Positions 14,688-20,000 of a DNA stretch of 20,000 nucleotides are shown one piece after another. Numbering within the stretch: position 1 is the first letter of the stretch; every line of letters begins with the position of its first letter. Position numbers and translations under genes: made by a program. The notes under the pieces are model-generated. The model had not been told where the DNA came from, did no database searches, and saw only the letters and a list, made by a program, of their open reading frames with translations. This DNA comes from an uncultured virus (IMG/VR IMGVR_UViG_2816332408_000001) (lineage: Duplodnaviria; Heunggongvirae; Uroviricota; Caudoviricetes), in the IMG/VR virus record IMGVR_UViG_2816332408_000001, positions 45,191-65,190 of that record. One strand, 5' to 3'.

Positions 14688-16580
14688 TTAGAACGGCACG
14701 TCATCGTCGAGATCGTTCGCATACTTGCTTGCGAACTCAGCGCGTTGCTGCGATAGCATCTCACGGTTCTCAATCTCAGGGGTGAACCCGCTGGACTCCT
14801 CCGTCCCGAACGCGGTGCCGTCGTAGCAGAACGCCATGATCTCGGGATACTTCTTATTCGTCCAGACGCGCAAGTGCGTAGGCGCTGCGAGCACCTTGTC
14901 CGCGATGTTGATAGCCTCTGCGGTTGTGCTGGGCATCTCAACGTCGGTGCGCTCCTTCCACCAGCGTCGCGCTTTCATCCCCGCGAAGTTCGTGTGCTGC
15001 ACACAGATGAACTCGCTGAACGACTTATATCCGCAATAGTAGGAGACCTTCATCATTGGAGGTGAACCCTCCTTCTCGTGGCGGTCAATGGTAACGCTGT
15101 CCACCTTGAAGACCTTTACCACAGGCTCGTCGATCTTGATAAGCTCCTCGGTAGCAGCGTCCTGGCCGAACTTAACCTCGAAGAGGAACTCACTGCCACA
15201 CCCGAGCGACGTCTTGAACGGTTGCCCGCCGCAGTAGCGCACGCTGGCGTGATTATACGTCTCGCAGACCGGGCATTCCTTGACGGGTGCGGTGCCATTT
15301 CCCTTGCCCTTGGCCTTGGGGGTGACAGGGTCGTTGATCGGCCCCAGCGTGGCGATGTTGCGCGCGAAGTCCATAACGAGGCAGTCGATCTTGCCGGATG
15401 CCTCGATTGCTGCCAAGCGCCCTGCGATTGTGTTAAGGTCGAAGGGGCCGACGTAGACCGGGCGGATACCGCGCCCCAGCATCTGGACCCATAGCACCGC
15501 CGACCCTGTCGCCCGCAGGATGATAATGAAATCGATCCCCGGGAAGTCGAAGCCTGTGGTCAGCACATTGTTGTTCACTAGCGCGCGGATCTTCCCCGCC
15601 TTGAAGTCAGCGATCGTTTGGTCGCGACCCTCGCGCTTACTGTGGACGCAACCCGCCGGGACGCCCAGCATGTTGAGCATGTCGCAGACGTGGTCGGCGT
15701 GATCGGTGCCAGACGCAAAGACGAGCCAGTGCTTCCGGTCGAACCCGTATTCCAGCGCCTCCTTCAGCGCCGCTTCGGTTATGTCGTCCCGGTCGAACTT
15801 CTCTTGCATTTCCTTCTCGATGAACTCCCCGCCCCGCGTATGCAGGCCTTCGGTGTCGAGATGCAGTTTCGGCTTCTTGGGGATCAGCGGGACTAGATAG
15901 CCCTCGTTGAACAGGCGGTTGAACGGTTCCAGACCCGTGATGTCGAAGCACACGTCCGTGAACAGCGGAGGCATCATATTGCCCTTGCTGTCCTCGTAGG
16001 GGTCAATCAGGTGTCCGTGACCCATGCGCCACGGGGTAGCGGTGAGCCCGATGACGCGGAGGTGTGGGTTGATAGATTGCAGCCCAGCCAGGAAGGTTCG
16101 ATACATGGTCTGGTCGTTCGGGGACATAAGGTGAGCTTCGTCGATCAACACCAGATCGATGTGTCCGAACTGCGCCCACTTGCGCGCGACCGACGCGATG
16201 CCAGCGAACGTGATAGGCTGGCTCATGTTGCGCTGGTTGAGGCCCGCGCTATAGATGCCCGCTGGGGCGAACTGCCACAGCGACATCAGCTTCTCGTAGT
16301 TCTGTTGGATCAGCTCCTTGACGTGCGTCAACACTAGGATGCGCTGCTGGCCGTATTGCATCAGCACGCTCTGGAGGAACCGTGCGATGACCACACTCTT
16401 GCCTGTCCCGGTCGGCATCGCGACCAGCGGGTTGCCGGTGCGGTGCGTCCGGAAATAGTTCCAGATGCAGTTTACCGCTTCGGTCTGGTAGGGTCGGTCC
16501 TGGAAGACGGTCTTAGGGTTCGCGCCACTATTGTGACCGATGCCGGGTATCTCATCCAGGAAGCCAGTAGCTGGGCTCAC
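14688..16580 (-). CDS. Superfamily 2 DNA helicase, RadD/YejH-like, with Zn finger (630 aa)
   Basis: Q motif RPYQ, Walker A PTGTGKS, DEAH, TAT, LTTGFD, QMLGRGIR, and a CPVC...C..C zinc site. The GTG start overlaps the upstream TGA. Confidence 0.93.
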   Translation of the reverse strand: MSPATGFLDEIPGIGHNSGANPKTVFQDRPYQTEAVNCIWNYFRTHRTGNPLVAMPTGTGKSVVIARFLQSVLMQYGQQRILVLTHVKELIQQNYEKLMSLWQFAPAGIYSAGLNQRNMSQPITFAGIASVARKWAQFGHIDLVLIDEAHLMSPNDQTMYRTFLAGLQSINPHLRVIGLTATPWRMGHGHLIDPYEDSKGNMMPPLFTDVCFDITGLEPFNRLFNEGYLVPLIPKKPKLHLDTEGLHTRGGEFIEKEMQEKFDRDDITEAALKEALEYGFDRKHWLVFASGTDHADHVCDMLNMLGVPAGCVHSKREGRDQTIADFKAGKIRALVNNNVLTTGFDFPGIDFIIILRATGSAVLWVQMLGRGIRPVYVGPFDLNTIAGRLAAIEASGKIDCLVMDFARNIATLGPINDPVTPKAKGKGNGTAPVKECPVCETYNHASVRYCGGQPFKTSLGCGSEFLFEVKFGQDAATEELIKIDEPVVKVFKVDSVTIDRHEKEGSPPMMKVSYYCGYKSFSEFICVQHTNFAGMKARRWWKERTDVEMPSTTAEAINIADKVLAAPTHLRVWTNKKYPEIMAFCYDGTAFGTEESSGFTPEIENREMLSQQRAEFASKYANDLDDDVPF

Positions 16581-17542
16581 GCGCGAAGTCCGTCGTTCTC
16601 ATACCAATCGGGACACCCGACCAGTTGCTTTTCCTTTGGTAACTGCATCTTGTGCTTATTGCAAGACCAAGTGGCGTCTTTTCCAGGTTCACTGAACTGG
16701 CATGTCCGGCAGTTGAAGTCAGGCGCTGCGCCAAGGTGGCATACCGGGCGGTCGTCACAGAAGCGGCACTTGAAGAAGCCCGCCGAGGTGTTGATCTTCT
16801 TGGGAGCCTTTGGCATCCACACGAGGTCCTCACCGCGCTGGATATACTGGTCCGCATATTCAGGGTTGAGGTAGATCACCTCCATGTAGAGGTCGTCGGT
16901 GTTCTTGCAGACGGCGACGTATAGCGCCACAGCGAGCCCCATCTTCCTCATGTAAAGCTGCATCTGCGTATAGTGCTCTGGCTTGCACTCGCGCACACCC
17001 TTCCCGGTGAACGGTCCCTTTCCCTCGACGTAGGCACGCCACTCGGGCAGCTTACCAGCGAGTTCGATAAACGACTTCTCACCGTGCGTCTTGTATTCGT
17101 TAATGAACGCAATGCTTGGATCGAGGTCTGGCAGCCCCCGAGCGACACCGTCGCCGGAACCTCCAGCGTGTCCTTCCGCCCAGCTGATGCGGAATTGCTT
17201 CCCGTTGGCGTCTTGCTGCCAGACCTCGCACCCGATCATAAGGAGCATCGCAATGATGCGTCCTTCCTCCAGGTGTCCGCGATTGAACAGGCGTAGCGTG
17301 CGCCCGTTGAACTTCGGCTTGGTGGCCCATCGGAAGTTATACCAAACCTTCCGGGGACACTCGTCGCCGAGCATGGATGCGCCAAGATGGGAGCGGTGCC
17401 CATCCTCGGGCTCGGATCGGTATGCGTCACCGATGTGTGGTAACACTCGGCCTTCCCACATGCGGAAGGATGCACCTTGGTCCGCTTCGATCATCTCATC
17501 GATTTTGCGCATCGTTAGAAGCGCGTGCATCAAAGCACCCAT
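16577..17542 (-). CDS. Cas4-like PD-(D/E)XK exonuclease with Fe-S cluster cysteines (321 aa)
   Basis: N-terminal ECPR plus C-terminal CRFC.....C (split 4Fe-4S ligands); RGH..E, GSGDG, NEYKT and QMQLYM RecB-type motifs; an extra Cys cluster CRTC..C..H..C. RBS AGGAG. Confidence 0.88.
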   Translation of the reverse strand: MGALMHALLTMRKIDEMIEADQGASFRMWEGRVLPHIGDAYRSEPEDGHRSHLGASMLGDECPRKVWYNFRWATKPKFNGRTLRLFNRGHLEEGRIIAMLLMIGCEVWQQDANGKQFRISWAEGHAGGSGDGVARGLPDLDPSIAFINEYKTHGEKSFIELAGKLPEWRAYVEGKGPFTGKGVRECKPEHYTQMQLYMRKMGLAVALYVAVCKNTDDLYMEVIYLNPEYADQYIQRGEDLVWMPKAPKKINTSAGFFKCRFCDDRPVCHLGAAPDFNCRTCQFSEPGKDATWSCNKHKMQLPKEKQLVGCPDWYENDGLRA

Positions 17543-17554
17543 GTTATCTCCTGT

Positions 17555-17651
17555 CCGCTAGGTGACCCGTGGAAGCGTTTCAGCGCCGGTTGGAGTCGGC
17601 GTTTCGGTCATTTCCACGGGTCGCCTAGCAGCGGGGGTCCGAAGACCCCCG
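17555..17651. other. Structured intergenic element: long 18-20 bp stem with inner hairpin, plus an adjacent UUCG hairpin
   Basis: GCTAGGTGACCCGTGGAA (17557-17574) pairs with TTCCACGGGTCGCCTAGC (17612-17629), with an inner CGCCG/CGGCG hairpin. A separate CGGGGGTC-TTCG-GACCCCCG hairpin lies at 17632-17651 (- strand). Confidence 0.8.
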
Positions 17652-17658
17652 ATACCAG

Positions 17659-18615
17659 TTACGCCTGAGGCGCGGCCCACGGGGGAGCGGCACCAGCAGC
17701 GGCAGCCGCCGCAGCAGGGTCCGGAGCACCCGGCGCCGCCGGTGCAGCCGCAGCAGCTTCGGCAGGGGCGGCACCGCCGGCCCAGGGCTGAGCAGCGGGT
17801 GCGCCACCGAACGGGCTGTCCGCGAGCGCGGCAGCGGGTGCGCCGGCCCAGGGCGAGTCAGCCGCAGGCGCCGCCGGTGCTGCCGGGGCAGCGGGTGCGG
17901 CAGGCGCAGCGGGGGCAGCCGGAGCGGCGACCGGCGCGGGATACAGCTCGATGAGCTTCACGGTCTCATGGACCTTGTCGCCCTTCCAGTGATACGCCGG
18001 GTTCGTCGGGTGCAGTGCCCAGCCATCCGCTTCTGCGGCTGCCTTCGGGTCGTGCGCGACGGGCGCTGCGGGAGCAGCGGGTGCCGCCGGTGCAGCAGGC
18101 GCCGCGGGAGCGAAGCCTGCGGGTGCAGCCGCAGGAGCGGCAGCGGCAGTTCCGAAGCCAGCGGGAACACCACCAGCCGCCGGAGCAGCGGCAGCGCCGG
18201 CGCCCACGGTTTCGACCGCCTCGTTGATGTTCTTATACGAGATGATCTCGTTCTGGTCTTCGTAGTTGTCGTCGCCCTTGCGGATCTTGACCTTGATCTT
18301 CAGCGGGATGCCGTGGAGCTGCTCGCTGTTCGCGATGTGCAGCACGCCGACCGCGTGACCGATGGCGGAGAGTTGCTTGAGCGCAATCTCCTGGGCGGTC
18401 GCATTCGCGTTCTTGATGTTCAAGCGCGCGAACAGCTTGCGATTGGCGTATTGCCCGTCGATCACCGCAAAGCGGACCTGCAGATAGCTGCCGGCGCCGT
18501 CCTTCGTGGGCTTGATCTCGGACTCGTCCATCTTGGCGTTATACCAGCCGGCCGGGATCACATCGAACCCGGTATCCGGTTCCACCTGAGTGGCATCGAA
18601 GTTCAGTTGTGCCAT
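17659..18615 (-). CDS. Single-stranded DNA-binding protein, DUF669-like OB fold with long Pro/Ala-rich tail (318 aa)
   Basis: The N-terminal domain FDVIPAGWYNAKMDESEIKPTKDGAGSYL...GQYANRKLF...NEI is typical of DUF669 phage SSBs. It lies directly downstream of the Sak4-like ATPase, with RBS AAGGA. Confidence 0.85.
   Translation of the reverse strand: MAQLNFDATQVEPDTGFDVIPAGWYNAKMDESEIKPTKDGAGSYLQVRFAVIDGQYANRKLFARLNIKNANATAQEIALKQLSAIGHAVGVLHIANSEQLHGIPLKIKVKIRKGDDNYEDQNEIISYKNINEAVETVGAGAAAAPAAGGVPAGFGTAAAAPAAAPAGFAPAAPAAPAAPAAPAAPVAHDPKAAAEADGWALHPTNPAYHWKGDKVHETVKLIELYPAPVAAPAAPAAPAAPAAPAAPAAPAADSPWAGAPAAALADSPFGGAPAAQPWAGGAAPAEAAAAAPAAPGAPDPAAAAAAAGAAPPWAAPQA
17690..18200 (-). repeat. Low-complexity (PAA)n coding repeats in the SSB tail
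   Basis: Degenerate 9-nt repeats encoding APAAPAAPAA in two main tracts flanking a ~40 aa unique segment. Confidence 0.85.
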
Positions 18616-18645
18616 GGTATGCTTATTCCTTTCATCGGCGGCGGA

Positions 18646-19371
18646 TCAAGCCGCCATTATTTTTGCAAAAATCGCGCTGAGGATTGGAGGTTCGATCGAA
18701 GCCAGCGCGCCACTCCGATCTTTCGCTACATACTGCAGATCAGGCTGAGTCTGTAGGAAACGATATGACTCCCCTTGGGGCGTCTTGTTGATGCCGAGGC
18801 GGAACACCTCGTCGAAGAAGTAAGGCAGCTTGTGCCCCAGCTTGGCGCCAGGCATGGACGGCGCATACTTGACCACACCGCTCATCTCGTCCTTCATCGG
18901 TTCCATCTTGGCGGTGATGAGGACGTGCTTGTTCGGTATGTCACGGAAGCTGCGGATGGTCGTTTCCATCTTCTCGATGAGCTCACCATACGCCTGGCGC
19001 GGGTCTTTCACCTGCCGCTTGGCGTTGTTGAGGATAACCTCAGCGATTTCTGACGCGCTGTCCATCCCGATGGTGTGGAAGCCCTTCGCCTCGTTGGACT
19101 CCGTCACCCAGCGGTGCGCTTCCGCGAGGTCTTCCACCGTCTTGATCTCGATGATGGGCATGTTATAGGTGATATGCGGATTCCCGACGCCATACAGACG
19201 TTCGAGGTTCGCCTTGCGCAGCGACAGCGCACCGGACTCGTTGCTGATCATCAGCGGAACGGGTGCGGTCGCCAGCAGCATGGTCTTTCCCACACCGGCC
19301 TCACCGTATGTGAGGACCTTGACGCCTCCTGCGCTTGTCGCCTGTTCGGCGGTCGTGAACACCATTGCCAT
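18646..19371 (-). CDS. Sak4-like AAA ATPase / single-strand annealing recombinase (241 aa)
   Basis: Walker A YGEAGVGKT, ESG, Walker B IGMDSASE, PYFFDEVF and AKDRSG. The start ATG 19371 overlaps the ligase stop; it is followed by the SSB and Cas4-like genes. Confidence 0.85.
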   Translation of the reverse strand: MAMVFTTAEQATSAGGVKVLTYGEAGVGKTMLLATAPVPLMISNESGALSLRKANLERLYGVGNPHITYNMPIIEIKTVEDLAEAHRWVTESNEAKGFHTIGMDSASEIAEVILNNAKRQVKDPRQAYGELIEKMETTIRSFRDIPNKHVLITAKMEPMKDEMSGVVKYAPSMPGAKLGHKLPYFFDEVFRLGINKTPQGESYRFLQTQPDLQYVAKDRSGALASIEPPILSAIFAKIMAA

Positions 19372-20000
19372 TACATATCCTCCGCGTTGCGGAACGACTG
19401 CCACGTCGGGAACCTGGGCTTGTCCTTGATCCCCTTGGGGAAGAACTTCGCCTTATGGATTAGCGACTTGAACTCGTCCTGATTGATGAAGTAGTGCTTC
19501 CTCTGTTCGTGCGTCAAACACCCCGCACCGACACGAACTTCTGCACCCTTGGGGAACAGGAGGGTATCGCCGTCCATGACGTCGGCCAGCACGGTGCCCA
19601 GCATAGCGCCAACCATGCCATTTGCAACCTTATTCTCCTGATGAGAACTGCGGAAGGTGTTGCCGAGTTCGTTCGTCTGAGCTTCGTTCTGGTTCTCTTC
19701 ACCCTCGATGATGGTGTGGACCCGGAACTCGAAGTCAACGAACCGCTTGATGCGCCACTTGTAGAGCTTCTTCCCCGCGCGCCCGTCCTTGTGAGGCATG
19801 TCCGGACCACACAGAACAGTCCCTTCATAACCCGCGATCAGGTTCTCGTCGTCGAACGCTTCCAGCTCCTCGAGTGAGTGCAGCACGCGCGAGGGCATGA
19901 TACGCAGATGCGGGAACAGGTGTGGGGCTTCCCCTGCAATCTGGCGCACGCGCTCCTGGAGCTGGAGCATACGATGCTCATACCCCGCGTTCTTGTTTTC
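19371..20000 (-). CDS. ATP-dependent DNA ligase (5'-truncated at the window edge)
   Basis: The frame is open to base 20000. Motif IV GYEGTVL, motif V WRIKRF, OB domain VGAG and motif VI KDKPRFP are present; the KxDG motif lies outside the window. Confidence 0.88.
   Translation of the reverse strand, partial: ENKNAGYEHRMLQLQERVRQIAGEAPHLFPHLRIMPSRVLHSLEELEAFDDENLIAGYEGTVLCGPDMPHKDGRAGKKLYKWRIKRFVDFEFRVHTIIEGEENQNEAQTNELGNTFRSSHQENKVANGMVGAMLGTVLADVMDGDTLLFPKGAEVRVGAGCLTHEQRKHYFINQDEFKSLIHKAKFFPKGIKDKPRFPTWQSFRNAEDM

Noticed and set aside
16577..17542. CRISPR-Cas system suggested by the Cas4-like gene
   Set aside because: No repeat-spacer array or other cas genes are present; the gene sits in a Sak4/SSB recombination module.
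18637..18655. GGCGGC-N7-GCCGCC hairpin over the Sak4 stop codon
   Set aside because: Only 6 bp, partly within coding sequence and without a U-tract on the coding strand; too weak to call a terminator.

Overview
This window is a 20 kb fragment of a GC-rich tailed (siphovirus-like) bacteriophage genome, organised as two convergent blocks. On the + strand (1-4643) is the end of the tail module: two small tail-assembly genes, a ~900 aa tail-tip/central fibre protein, a tail-fibre-like protein and a LamG-like lectin. On the - strand (20000 to 4746) is a replication and DNA-modification block. In order it holds an ATP-dependent DNA ligase (partial), a Sak4-like AAA ATPase, a DUF669-like SSB, a solo Cas4-like exonuclease, a RadD/YejH-like SF2 helicase and four hypothetical genes. 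These are followed by a complete 7-deazaguanine DNA-modification cluster (queE, gat-queC, queD, folE, dpdA-type transglycosylase) predicted to put archaeosine (dG+) or preQ0 into DNA, then a beta-clamp-like protein, a small Zn-ribbon protein and a family B DNA polymerase. The most notable feature is that FolE is fused to an N-terminal purine phosphoribosyltransferase domain, suggesting a guanine-recycling or deazaguanine-nucleotide step. Also of interest are an SSB-like DDDVPF tail on the helicase, a possible clamp-binding tail on DpdA, a long structured intergenic element before the Cas4-like gene, and a C-terminal domain shared by two adjacent hypothetical proteins. All calls come from motif recognition by eye; no searches were run.
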